NCBI GenBank assembly: GCA_948739805.1
Contig: CAPYID010000004.1
Coordinates: forward strand, 1,658 to 65,657
Direction of reading: 5' to 3'
Origin: an uncultured Clostridia bacterium
GTDB taxonomy: Bacteria; Bacillota; Clostridia; TANB77; CAG-508
Length of the DNA: 64,000 nucleotides
This document shows positions 52,238 through 62,600 of the stretch, one piece after another. Under the pieces are notes generated by a model. It ran no database searches, had not been told where the DNA came from, and was given only the letters and a program-made list of their open reading frames with translations. The position numbers and the translations under genes are program-made. Position 1 is the first letter of the stretch. Every line of letters starts with the position of its first letter.

Positions 52238-53206
52238 TTAAGATATCTCTATTCCAGCACTTGCATAACCAACTACTGTATTTAATAATGAGAGACCTGA
52301 AGATGTTGCAGAAAATACCATTAGTAAACGTGATTGTGCAGTAACTGGTATTGATAATCCTGTTGTTATTCCAGAACTTATATCACCAATAGATATTGTA
52401 CCAGTAAGTGAAGGTGTAAGATTAACAACTGCTCCTGGAATTGGAACAAATAAGTTATTAGGGGTACTTGATACATATAATTGGGCACGAATTGTTATAG
52501 ACGAACCAATAAGTGATAATGCAGCTGTAGTACTAAAGTAAGCACTTATTGAAGTAATTGTTCCTGCTCTTGGCATTGAAAATGCAAAGTTTGTTAGTGT
52601 TCCAGATGGATTAGTAAGGTCTATACTAGAACCTAAAACTGTTAAACCTGGTGCAGATGAACCAAATCCTATAAATGCTGGTATACCTGCTAATCCTCCT
52701 GCAATAGTAGTAAGTGAAATTGGTATTCCAGATGATAATGGAATAATACTAGTACTTCCATTTGCACCTGTTGCACCTGTTGCTCCTGTGGCTCCTGTTG
52801 GGCCTGTTGCTCCTGTTACTCCATCTGCTCCTGTGGCTCCTGTCGCTCCTGTTATTCCTGTAGCTCCTGTCGCTCCTGTAGCTCCTGTTGAGCCTGTTGC
52901 TCCATCTGCTCCTGTGGCTCCTGTTGGGCCTGTTACTCCATCTGCTCCTGTCGCTCCTGTAGCTCCTGTTGGACCTGTTGCTCCATCTGCTCCTGTCACT
53001 CCTGTAGCTCCTGTTGCTCCCTTGCACCCTCTAGGTCCTGTCGCTCCTGTTGCTCCTGTTGGATCTGTTACTCCAATAGGTTTACAACAGCATTCACAAT
53101 CATTATCCCATCCATTATTACAATCATCGTTACAGTCATTGTTACATTTACTTCTGAAGTCATCTTTTGAATTATTTATATTTAAGTTTTTAAAAAAACT
53201 CATAAA
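52238..53206 (-). CDS. BclA-like collagen-repeat (GxT) spore-surface/exosporium glycoprotein, with a Cys-rich N-terminal domain and a C-terminal beta domain
   Basis: About 37 GxT triplets ([13 protein letters not shown]...). N-terminal [21 protein letters not shown]. The likely true start is MSFFKN at 53206, with RBS AAAGGAGG 8 nt upstream. The longer track ORF starting at 53305 is probably an overextension. Confidence 0.7.
   Translation of the reverse strand, partial: FMSFFKNLNINNSKDDFRSKCNNDCNDDCNNGWDNDCECCCKPIGVTDPTGATGATGPRGCKGATGATGVTGADGATGPTGATGATGADGVTGPTGATGADGATGSTGATGATGATGITGATGATGADGVTGATGPTGATGATGATGANGSTSIIPLSSGIPISLTTIAGGLAGIPAFIGFGSSAPGLTVLGSSIDLTNPSGTLTNFAFSMPRAGTITSISAYFSTTAALSLIGSSITIRAQLYVSSTPNNLFVPIPGAVVNLTPSLTGTISIGDISSGITTGLSIPVTAQSRLLMVFSATSSGLSLLNTVVGYASAGIEIS
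52738..53068. repeat. Tandem 9-bp-unit coding repeat (GxT collagen triplets)
   Basis: Repeated (a/c)cctgt(t/a)gc(t/a)cctgt units on the plus strand. Confidence 0.8.
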
Positions 53207-53276
53207 TATTCCTCCTTTACTATAAGAGTAATAATAATTACTCTTTAAATAGTATATGACTGTAAATGTAAAATTG

Positions 53277-54359
53277 TTATTCTTGAATATTTGTTTTGTT
53301 TTCAAAATAACGCTTATTATATAGAAAAGAATTAGAAAAAGGTTTTATCTCTCCTGCTTTATTATTATAATAAATAGCTTTTTCTACATCTCCCATTTTA
53401 TCATAGCAAACACATAATTGAATATAAGGAATATAACCACTATAATCTTCATTATAGAACCCACCATTATTAAGATTAGGTTTAACAGCAATGGCTAATT
53501 TGTACCAAAAAATAGCATTTTCTAATTGTTGTTTTTCTAAAAAATAATTGCCTAATTTACAAGATACTTCTGGTCTAGGTTTATCAAATTCAAAACTTCT
53601 AAATAAAGATAGCAGTGCATTATTTTCATCATTTAATTGTGTATAACAGTTTGATAAATCAATACATGCACTGATACAATTTTCACTCCATCCTTGTTTA
53701 GAGTTTAAGAAATTATTAAAAATCTCAATTGATTTTTCATATTGCTTATGATAATATAATTCTCTAGCATAGTAAAATTGTTGTCTTGCGTCAAGTGTAA
53801 TTCCTTCTTCTATCATTTTATTAAATATTTTTAAATTTCTAGATTTATCACTGGCATGTAGCTTTTTGTGTGATATTGCAATATCTGAATATATTACATT
53901 ACCATAAGGGGAAATAACCTCATGTATTGGACTTATCCATTGATAATTCTTTTTTCTTGATAATAGTCTTTCTCTATAATACGTAAGAGTTGGATTGTTT
54001 TTTTCATCGAATGCAACATTATATTTCATCATGACTATATCTACTGAAGTATCTAATGTCTTTTTTAATTCTCTTAATTCTAATAGGTCTTTTTCTAATA
54101 TGATATCATCAGCATCTAACCACATAATATAATCTTTTGTGGCTTTTGAAAATGAATAGTTTCTTGCCTTTGCAAAATCGTCTACCCACTCAAAATTGTA
54201 TATTTTATTTGTATATTCCTTTGCAATTTCTACTGTAGAATCAGTAGAACCTGTATCAACTATTATAATTTCATCCACTACTTCTTTTACACATTCTAAA
54301 CAGCGACCTATAACATCTTCTTCATTTTTAACAATCATACATAAGCTTATTTCAACCAT
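53277..54359 (-). CDS. Family-2 glycosyltransferase with C-terminal TPR repeats. It is a candidate glycosyltransferase for the adjacent collagen-like spore protein.
   Basis: 360 aa. N-terminal GT-A domain ([17 protein letters not shown]...[12 protein letters not shown]...DADD) and TPR-like repeats. Confidence 0.7.
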   Translation of the reverse strand: MVEISLCMIVKNEEDVIGRCLECVKEVVDEIIIVDTGSTDSTVEIAKEYTNKIYNFEWVDDFAKARNYSFSKATKDYIMWLDADDIILEKDLLELRELKKTLDTSVDIVMMKYNVAFDEKNNPTLTYYRERLLSRKKNYQWISPIHEVISPYGNVIYSDIAISHKKLHASDKSRNLKIFNKMIEEGITLDARQQFYYARELYYHKQYEKSIEIFNNFLNSKQGWSENCISACIDLSNCYTQLNDENNALLSLFRSFEFDKPRPEVSCKLGNYFLEKQQLENAIFWYKLAIAVKPNLNNGGFYNEDYSGYIPYIQLCVCYDKMGDVEKAIYYNNKAGEIKPFSNSFLYNKRYFENKTNIQE

Positions 54360-54497
54360 AAAAATCCCCTATCAAATAATTTATTTTGCTAAAACTAGTA
54401 TACAATACATAAGTTTTATTCTATATTTTATGAAGGATTTTAAGTTTTTGTTAAAATTTTATAACTTTAATTTTGTCTTTATAAAAGTTCATTTATA

Positions 54498-57134
54498 TTA
54501 TCTTCTTACTCTTGATAATCCGTTAAAATCAATTGGTATTTCTACATTATTTTTAAATCTTATTTTGTTAATCCATTTTTGCATTTCTATTATTGGTAAA
54601 GGTAGAAGTGATATTAGTATTGTATATATCCATTGTGTTTGATTTAATGTGACTAGACTAAATATGTTTGCAAAATATGGTATTATTACTACTATTACTT
54701 GTAATATTGTTCCTAGTATAAAGCTTCCTATTAAAAATTTATTATTCAAAGCTCCTTTTTTTAGTATTGAACCTTCTGATTTTATGTTAAAACTATGTAC
54801 TAACTCTAATAATCCTAATGACACAAATGCCATCGTTCTTGCTACATCTATTCCATATAGATTATTTCCAAGTGAGAATATAAATAAGTCTAATACCCCT
54901 AACATTATTCCTTCTGTAATGATTTTACTCCATAGCCCATCTGCAAATATACTCTTTTTTGAGTTTCTTGGTTTTCTTTCCATTATTCCCTTTTCTTCTT
55001 TTTCTAGTCCTAAGGCTATTGCTGGTAATGAGTCTGTTACTAAGTTTATCCATAATAACTGTATTGCAAGTAATGGTGATTGTAACCCCAATAGCAGTCC
55101 AATGAATATTGTTGTTATTTCTCCAATGTTTGTTGCTATTAAAAAGTGTATGGCTTTTTTTATATTATCAAATATATTTCTTCCTTGTCTTATAGCTTGG
55201 ACTATTGTTACAAAGTTATCATCCATTAGTACCATGTCTGAGGCGTTTTTGGCTACATCTGTACCTCCTTTTCCCATTGCAATTCCTATGTCTGCATTTT
55301 TTAGTGCTGGACTATCGTTTACTCCATCCCCTGTCATTGCTACTACTGCTCCTGTTTTTTGCCATGCTTTTACTATTCGTACTTTATGTTCTGGCGTTAC
55401 TCTTGCAAATACTGAATATGAGGCTATGTTTCTTGTTAATTCGTTGTCTGATATATTGTCTAGTTCTGCACCTGTAATTGCCATATCTCCCATTTCTAAA
55501 ATTCCTAGTTCTTTTGCTATTGCTTTTGCTGTTGCTATATGGTCTCCTGTTATCATTACAGTTTTTATTCCTGCCTTTTTACAGGTCTTTACTGCTTCTT
55601 TTACTCCTTGTCTCGGTGGATCTATCATTCCTATTAACCCAACAAATATTAAATTTTCTTCTAGGTTTGTTACATCTTTTCTCATAAATTCAAATTCTCT
55701 ATACCCAACTGCTATTACTCTTAAAGCATCGTTTGCTAATTGCGTATTTTGATCTTGTATTTTTCTTTTTTCTTCTTCACTTAGTCTCTCTATTTTTCCA
55801 TTTTTATAAATTCTATCACATTTGTTTATCATTACATCTGGTGCACCTTTTGTGATACTTCTATATCCATTTTCTAGTCTATGTACAGTTGTCATTAATT
55901 TTCTATTTGAATCAAATGGTATTTCACTTATTCTTTTCATTTTGTCATATAATTCTTTTTTATTTATTCCTTTTATTAATGCATTGTTTACAATGGCAAC
56001 TTCTGTTGGCTCACCTATTGCTTCTTTCTCGTCTTTTATATCACAGTCTGTACACATACAGCCTAGTTTTAACAATAATTCTTCATCATCTGATATTGTT
56101 TTTACTACAGTCATTTTATTTTGTGTTAATGTTCCTGTTTTATCAGAACATATTACATTGCTACATCCTAATGTTTCAACAGCTGGTAGTTTCCTTATTA
56201 TGCTATTTTTTCTTGCCATTTTTGTAACTCCTATTGATAACATTATTGTAACAATTGCAGGAAGTCCCTCTGGAATTGCTGCTACCGCTAAACCTACTGA
56301 TGTCATAAACATTTCTATAGGTTCTATCTTTTTTAATATTCCTATTACATATATAATAGCACATATTACTAGACATACTATTCCTAAAGTTTTTCCAACT
56401 TCTGATAGTTTCTTTTGTATTGGTGTTTCTGGTGCTTCTTCTTCATTTATCATGTTTGCAATTTTACCAATTTTAGTGTTCATTCCTGTGTCTGTTACTA
56501 TTGCTTTTCCATGTCCAGAAACTACAATACTTGCCATAAATCCCATATTTTTCATATCTCCTAATGGGATTTTTTCTTCTAGTATTTGTGCTTCACTTTT
56601 TTCAACTGGTTCTGTTTCTCCTGTTAAACTTGATTCTTCTATTTTTAAGTTAAATCCTTCTATTATTCTACAGTCTGCTGGGACATAGTTTCCCGCTTCT
56701 AATTCTATAATATCTCCTGGTACTAATTCTTCTGCATTTATCTCTTGAATTTTTCCTTCCCTTATTGCTTTTGCAATTTGTGGTGTTAATTTTTTTAGAC
56801 TTTCTATGGATTTTTCTGCTCTTGCTTCTTGAACTAGTCCCATTATAGCATTTAATATTACTATTGCTATGATTATTATAGAGTCTACATAGTCATTTTC
56901 GCCTTGCATATATGACGTGAATGCCGAAATAATTGAGGCTATTATTAAAATTATTATCATGAAATCATTAAATTGTTTTATAAATTTTATTGCTATATTT
57001 TCTTTCTTTTTCTCTTGTAGTTTATTTGCTCCATATTTTTCTTTTCTGATTGTTATCTCATTATCTGCTAGTCCCATTTTTGTGCTTGTCTGTAATCTAC
57101 TTACAACTTCTTCTGTTTTTAACATGTGCCACAT
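54498..57134 (-). CDS. P-type ATPase, calcium-transporting (P2A/P2B-like)
   Basis: 878 aa. DKTGTLT phosphorylation motif, TGES, GDGVNDSPAL, and ten TM helices. Confidence 0.9.
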   Translation of the reverse strand: MWHMLKTEEVVSRLQTSTKMGLADNEITIRKEKYGANKLQEKKKENIAIKFIKQFNDFMIIILIIASIISAFTSYMQGENDYVDSIIIIAIVILNAIMGLVQEARAEKSIESLKKLTPQIAKAIREGKIQEINAEELVPGDIIELEAGNYVPADCRIIEGFNLKIEESSLTGETEPVEKSEAQILEEKIPLGDMKNMGFMASIVVSGHGKAIVTDTGMNTKIGKIANMINEEEAPETPIQKKLSEVGKTLGIVCLVICAIIYVIGILKKIEPIEMFMTSVGLAVAAIPEGLPAIVTIMLSIGVTKMARKNSIIRKLPAVETLGCSNVICSDKTGTLTQNKMTVVKTISDDEELLLKLGCMCTDCDIKDEKEAIGEPTEVAIVNNALIKGINKKELYDKMKRISEIPFDSNRKLMTTVHRLENGYRSITKGAPDVMINKCDRIYKNGKIERLSEEEKRKIQDQNTQLANDALRVIAVGYREFEFMRKDVTNLEENLIFVGLIGMIDPPRQGVKEAVKTCKKAGIKTVMITGDHIATAKAIAKELGILEMGDMAITGAELDNISDNELTRNIASYSVFARVTPEHKVRIVKAWQKTGAVVAMTGDGVNDSPALKNADIGIAMGKGGTDVAKNASDMVLMDDNFVTIVQAIRQGRNIFDNIKKAIHFLIATNIGEITTIFIGLLLGLQSPLLAIQLLWINLVTDSLPAIALGLEKEEKGIMERKPRNSKKSIFADGLWSKIITEGIMLGVLDLFIFSLGNNLYGIDVARTMAFVSLGLLELVHSFNIKSEGSILKKGALNNKFLIGSFILGTILQVIVVIIPYFANIFSLVTLNQTQWIYTILISLLPLPIIEMQKWINKIRFKNNVEIPIDFNGLSRVRR

Positions 57135-57218
57135 AAAAACACCTTTCCTTCCTTAGATTTTCTTCTCTATAATATCTATGAAGGAATTTAGTGTTTTATT
57201 CATATTTTATATATTATT

Positions 57219-57572
57219 CTATAATAATTGTTTCCAATTGTCCTCTTTAAATCCAATTAAAATACCTTTATCTGATACTAATATGGGTCTTTTTATAAGC
57301 ATTCCATCACTCGCTAATAATTCTATCTTTTTTTTATCATTCATAGTATCTAATTTTTCTTTTAAATTTAATTCTTTATATTTTAGTCCACTTGTGTTAA
57401 ACCATTTTTTTATTTCATGTCCACTCTTTTTTATCCATTCATTTAATTCTTCTACTTTTGGTATTTCTTCAACAATATTTCTTTCCATAAAGCCAATATT
57501 GTTTTCTTCTAACCATTTCTTTGCTCTTTTACAAGTAGAACATTTTGGATATTCTATAAATATATTTTTCAT
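57219..57572 (-). CDS. Spx/ArsC-family protein (YusI/YffB-like)
   Basis: 117 aa. N-terminal CxxC in YPKCSTCKRAKKWLEENNI. Confidence 0.6.
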   Translation of the reverse strand: MKNIFIEYPKCSTCKRAKKWLEENNIGFMERNIVEEIPKVEELNEWIKKSGHEIKKWFNTSGLKYKELNLKEKLDTMNDKKKIELLASDGMLIKRPILVSDKGILIGFKEDNWKQLL

Positions 57573-57608
57573 CTTTTATTCCTCCTCATATATATGTTTG
57601 TCACATTT

Positions 57609-57862
57609 TTAGATTTTAACATTATTCATCTTACCATTCCACTCATCTAAAAATTCTTGAACAAAATTTCTCATAACTTCTGTTCTTTGTTTTCCTATTT
57701 CTTTTGCAGTTTTTGTATTCATATTATCTGCAAGTTTAAATAATTTATGATAAAAATGATCTTCATTGTTCTTTCTAAATGCCCTATGTCATGCCCACTT
57801 GATTCTTTTGAAAATAATTCTGATATTATCGGTCTTAATTTTTCTATATATTCTTCTAACAT
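57609..57862 (-). pseudogene. Decayed HD-domain phosphohydrolase (YpgQ/YedJ-like): the N-terminal 47 codons, a frameshift, and a short C-terminal remnant
   Basis: RBS AGGGAGGA, then ATG...MLEEYIEKLRPIISELFSKESSGHDIGHLERTMKI, then a stop. A second frame continues ...EFLDEWNGKMNNVKI*. About 100 internal codons are missing relative to this ~200-aa family. Confidence 0.4.
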
Positions 57863-57936
57863 TTTTATCCTCCCTCTTTATTTTGTTTACATTATATAAT
57901 ATAAATACAATATTTTCAAATTTTGGGTTGTTGGTA

Positions 57937-57990
57937 GGATTATATGTTTTAAAAATTATGCAAGATTATAATTTTAAAACATATAATCCT
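57937..57990. repeat. Perfect 19-bp inverted repeat with a 16-bp spacer
   Basis: aggattatatgttttaaaa-N16-ttttaaaacatataatcct, followed by ccctacaaac. Confidence 0.7.
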
Positions 57991-58089
57991 CCCTACAAAC
58001 ACAAATTTACCTCTATCCTGTTTTGCATTTAACATATATTTTTTTAATGAATATTATATTAATATATGGTTTAAAATGAGGTGTTATAT

Positions 58090-58545
58090 ATGTTTTCAAA
58101 TTTTTTTTATGATGCTAAAGCAATAATAAAAGGCGGTAAAGATTACCCTAGAATTAAGGGTATGGTATATTTTAAGGAAACTAAAGAGGGTGTTTTACTG
58201 ACTGCTAAAATTCATGGATTACCACAGTCTAAGATTAAATGCACTGGTAGATTTTTTGGTTTTCATATACACAGTGGTAATTCTTGTACTGGTACTAAAG
58301 AAGATGAATTTGCAAATAGTGGTACACACTATAATCCTAATGATTGCCCTCACCCATTTCATGCTGGTGATTTACCTCCTCTAATTGAAAATAACGGTTA
58401 TGCATATATGACTGTTTTAATAAATAAGTTTAAAATTGATGATATTATTGGTAAGGTTTTAATTATTCATGATTCTCCTGATGATTTTAATAGTCAACCT
58501 AGTGGAAATTCAGGGAAAAAGATTGCATGTGGTAAAATAACTTGA
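58090..58545 (+). CDS. Cu/Zn superoxide dismutase-family protein (SodC-like), apparently without a signal peptide
   Basis: FHIHSGNSCTG...HYNPNDCPHPFHAGDLPPL...ACGKI. RBS GAGGTG 6 nt before the ATG at 58090. The track starts at a GTG at 58081. Confidence 0.65.
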   Translation: MFSNFFYDAKAIIKGGKDYPRIKGMVYFKETKEGVLLTAKIHGLPQSKIKCTGRFFGFHIHSGNSCTGTKEDEFANSGTHYNPNDCPHPFHAGDLPPLIENNGYAYMTVLINKFKIDDIIGKVLIIHDSPDDFNSQPSGNSGKKIACGKIT

Positions 58546-58607
58546 TTTTTCTCGCATTTTATGTTATCCTATTTTTGAATTTTTAATTTATAATAGGAGG
58601 TAAATTT

Positions 58608-59597
58608 ATGATTAAAATAGCATTTTTCGATACTAAAGACTATGATAAAACTTTATTTAACAAATACAATAAGGACTATAATTATGATATTACTTATTTT
58701 GAATCAAAATTAAATTCTGAAACTGTACCACTAGCAAAAGGATTTGATGTTATTTGTATTTTCGTTAATGACAAAGTAGATAAGGGTACTTTAGATAAAT
58801 TGAATGAATATGGAATAAAACTTATTGCATTAAGATGTGCTGGCTTTAATAATGTTGATTTAGATAATCTGGGGAACATTAGAGTTGTACGTGTTCCTCA
58901 ATATTCACCATATGCTGTTGCTGAACATGCAACTGCATTACTTTTAAACATTAATAGAAAAATTTATAAATCCTATCAACGTGTAAAAAAATATAATTTT
59001 TCTTTAGATGGATTACTAGGTTTCGATTTACATGGAAAAACTGTTGGAGTAATTGGTACTGGTAAAATCGGAAAAGTATTTATGCAAATTATGAAAGGTT
59101 TTGGCACAAATATTATTGCTTATGATATATTTAAGGATGAAAAAGCAGCTTCTGAAATCGGTTTTGAATATGTCAGCCTTAATGAATTATGTGAAAAATC
59201 TGACATTATATCTTTACATTGTCCATCAACTCCAGAAACACAGAATATTATCAATAAAAATTCTTTATCTAAAATGAAGGATGGTGTAATAATAATTAAC
59301 TGTGGAAGAGGCGATTTAATTAAAACAGATGATTTAATTGATTATCTTTCTATTGGAAAAATTGGTGGAGTTGGATTAGATGTTTATGAAAATGAAGGAG
59401 ATTATTTCCTAAAAGATATGTCTAACTCATATATAAGAGATAAAAATTTATCTTTATTAATTTCAATGCCTAATGTTCTTATAACTTCTCATCAAGCTTT
59501 CTTTACTTCTGAAGCACTAAATAAAATTGCTAGTGATACTTGTCAAAATATTAATGATATTTTTAATAATGGAACTTGTATTAATGAGATTAAATAA
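58608..59597 (+). CDS. ldhA: D-isomer-specific 2-hydroxyacid dehydrogenase (D-lactate dehydrogenase-like)
   Basis: 329 aa. GVIGTGKIGKVF NAD-binding motif, and a catalytic His in the C-terminal region. Confidence 0.8.
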   Translation: MIKIAFFDTKDYDKTLFNKYNKDYNYDITYFESKLNSETVPLAKGFDVICIFVNDKVDKGTLDKLNEYGIKLIALRCAGFNNVDLDNLGNIRVVRVPQYSPYAVAEHATALLLNINRKIYKSYQRVKKYNFSLDGLLGFDLHGKTVGVIGTGKIGKVFMQIMKGFGTNIIAYDIFKDEKAASEIGFEYVSLNELCEKSDIISLHCPSTPETQNIINKNSLSKMKDGVIIINCGRGDLIKTDDLIDYLSIGKIGGVGLDVYENEGDYFLKDMSNSYIRDKNLSLLISMPNVLITSHQAFFTSEALNKIASDTCQNINDIFNNGTCINEIK

Positions 59598-59654
59598 ATG
59601 TCTTTATTATTATTGAAGCACTTTTTATTTTACTCTTTTATATAATAATTAAAT

Positions 59655-59695
59655 ATACGAAGGGGCACGGTTTACCGTGCCCTAGATTTATTCGC
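59655..59695. terminator. Bidirectional terminator between convergent genes
   Basis: ggggcacgg-ttta-ccgtgccc, flanked by A/T tracts. Confidence 0.6.
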
Positions 59696-59699
59696 AATG

Positions 59700-62600
59700 T
59701 TATTTTATTTTTTCTAGTCCTATTATTACTGATTTTATTTGTGCAATATCAGTTACTGTAATTTCTCCATCATAATTCATGTCTGCTGCCTTTAATTCTG
59801 CTCCTGTTAATAATTCTTTTTCGATATAGTGTAGTTTTACTTTTGCTAAGTCTGTAATTGTAATCTCTCCATCTCCATTTATGTCTCCTGTTACTACTAA
59901 TGTATATTCTATGTCTCCTACTTTTAATTTTGTACCTGTTTTTATAATACTACTATCTTTTAATGGCTTTCCATCTTTATCCATAAATGTTAGTTCTTGG
60001 TCAGTTTCTACATTCTTCTTGAAAGTACTGATTGTTGTTTTTTGTGTAATCTTTGAAATGTAGTCTTCTTCTATTTTATAGATTTCTGATGTAATTCCTT
60101 CTTCTGAATCATCTGGTTCTTCATCTTTATTTATCCAGTCGACTTTGGCAACTGCTGTTGCTTTGTTTCCTGCAAGGTCTTCAAATTCAAATGTAAATTC
60201 TCCATTTTCTGTAAATATATATTCTCTACTAGTTCCATTGTTTGTAACTATTATTTGTTCACTTTCATTTACTAGTTTTGCTACTACTTTGTTTGCAGGT
60301 TCTTTTGTACTATAGCTAATTTCTGCTGTTGGTGCAGTTTTATCTATCCAGCTTACTTTTGCTTTGTGTTTTTTTACATCCCAATTATTACTGTCTGAAG
60401 AATCTTTATATTCAAATTCAAATTCTCCATTTTCTGTAAATGTGTATTGTTTGCTTTTGTTGTTATTAACCATTTCAACTTCTACAGTTTTACCTTCTGT
60501 ATCAATTATATATGGCTTAATAGTTGCTATAACATCTGTATTGGTTAATTTTGTAATATTATATGTAATATCACTTGCTATAATTGTTGTATCATTTTCT
60601 ATATAATCTGCTTTTATGCTTTTATATGCTATATTACTTGCTTTATCAAGCATTTTAAATTCATATTCTCCACTTTCTTCAAATGTATATTCTAATGGAT
60701 TTGTCATGGCTTGTTGTAATTGTCTTAAAGTTTCTTTTTCTGAATCAGTTATTGTTACACTATTACCTTCATTATCAAAGTATTCTTCTCCACTAACTGC
60801 TCCATTTTCCATTGTTGTTACATAATTTCCAACTGAAGAAACTTTACCTGTTGTATTTTTATATGTGATTTTTTTGATAACTCCATTTTCATCTACCTCA
60901 ACTACTTTAAATACATTGTTTGATGAATCTAAATATGAGATATTTTTAACTTTTCCATTTTCAACTTCAATAAAGTTTATCTTTTTATTGTCTTTATCTA
61001 ATAAGTATACATCTTCGCTAATTCCATCTAATAAAATAACTAATTTTTTATGGTCATCTATATCATAATCTATATCTGCTGATGGAATGTCTTTATCTAT
61101 CCAATTTACTTTTGCTACAGCTGAACCTGTATTTCCTTTTTCGTCTTCAAATTCAAATGTAAATTCTCCATTTTCAGTAAATATATATGTGTCTTTTCCA
61201 TCATTGTTTGTAATTGTTATTTTGGTACTTGGATTTACAAGTCTCGCTACTACTCTTCCACTTGTTGGTTCTGTAGTGCTATATGCAATTCCTGCTGTAG
61301 GATGAGGATTTTTTGTTATGTCTTGAAAGAAGTTAAATGCTCTTGCAGTAAACCAATTACCATTAGAGGCACGGTCTGCTACTATTTTGACATATTGAAC
61401 TTCTTTTTGTTGTTCTATTTCAAAACTTTTTGTGTTTTTAATAGCATCTTCATTTGTATTTGCTTGGTTAGTATATGTTAGATTTTTTAGATTTTTTAGT
61501 TCTTCCCAATTTTCTCCATCCATGCTACCATAAATAGTACCATCTAAGATTTTTCCATTTCCTCCACCACCAGGTACATATTCTACTGCTGATAGATAAA
61601 CTGATTGATCTAATTTAATAATAATGTAACGTTCTGTGTCTGATCCATTCCATGCTGAGTGCCAATTAGTATTATAGTTTGCATCTATGGCATTTCTTGC
61701 ATGTCTTCCTTGAGCAGTAGCTTCACTAGAAACTCCCTCTATTGTTAAGTGAGATACTGGTATATATTTTCTTGTTTCTGGTTGATTGTCTTTAGTAAAA
61801 TTATATGTTGCTACTGGACTTGTTAATTGTGTTCCTGTTGCACTTTGTCTTATTTGTATAGTTTTATCTCCTGTTAAATCTGGAGAACTTACACTATATA
61901 AAGTCCATTTATCTTTTTCTGAATAACGCCATTCAATACCTAAGTTAACTCCTACTATACGATTTTCTAAGTCACTAGCAAATAAGGTTGCTGGAATTGC
62001 TCCTTCTGTAATGTCTATTTTATATAGGTTTTCTTCATCATAGTTTACTCCAACTATATGAACATATATATCATTTTCAGCTGTAATACTACTTATTTGT
62101 TGTGGTGTTAACTGTAATTTATGTTCTTCTTCTGCAGTAAATGAAACTTCGTTCCAAGTTTGTTTTCCGTCTAAGCTATAATCCCAACGAACTCCATTTC
62201 CATCAAAACGACTTGATAATACAATTTTTCCTGCATCTGCTCCATCGAATGAAAATGTAGCAATTGTTTTATCTAGCTTTCCTAATAGATAGTTTGCTTC
62301 TGTTCTTGTAACTGATGGTTGAAGTACTTCAGTTGAAGTATTAGGAAGTTTACTTCCTTCTGTTAAAATTCTTGTTTGTAAAAGTGTAAATCTATATATA
62401 TTTTCTACACTTGTTAATTTTGGTTTTATTAAATTTGTTAAATGTTGCATTGGTAATGGGAAACATTTTAACTTTTCTGCTAATTCTTCTGCTAAATTAT
62501 AATAATCGTTTTCTGTTTTGTTTTCACTTGCATTGTATACATTAATTAAACCAACCCACGCATCAATGTTTATAGGTTGTATTTGTAAAGCTTTCCTATA

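Noticed and set aside
53207-53305. The N-terminal 33-aa extension of the collagen-like gene, which overlaps the GT2 gene
   Set aside because: A strong RBS AAAGGAGG precedes the internal ATG at 53206. The extension is Tyr/Asn-rich low complexity and would overlap the upstream gene by 29 nt.
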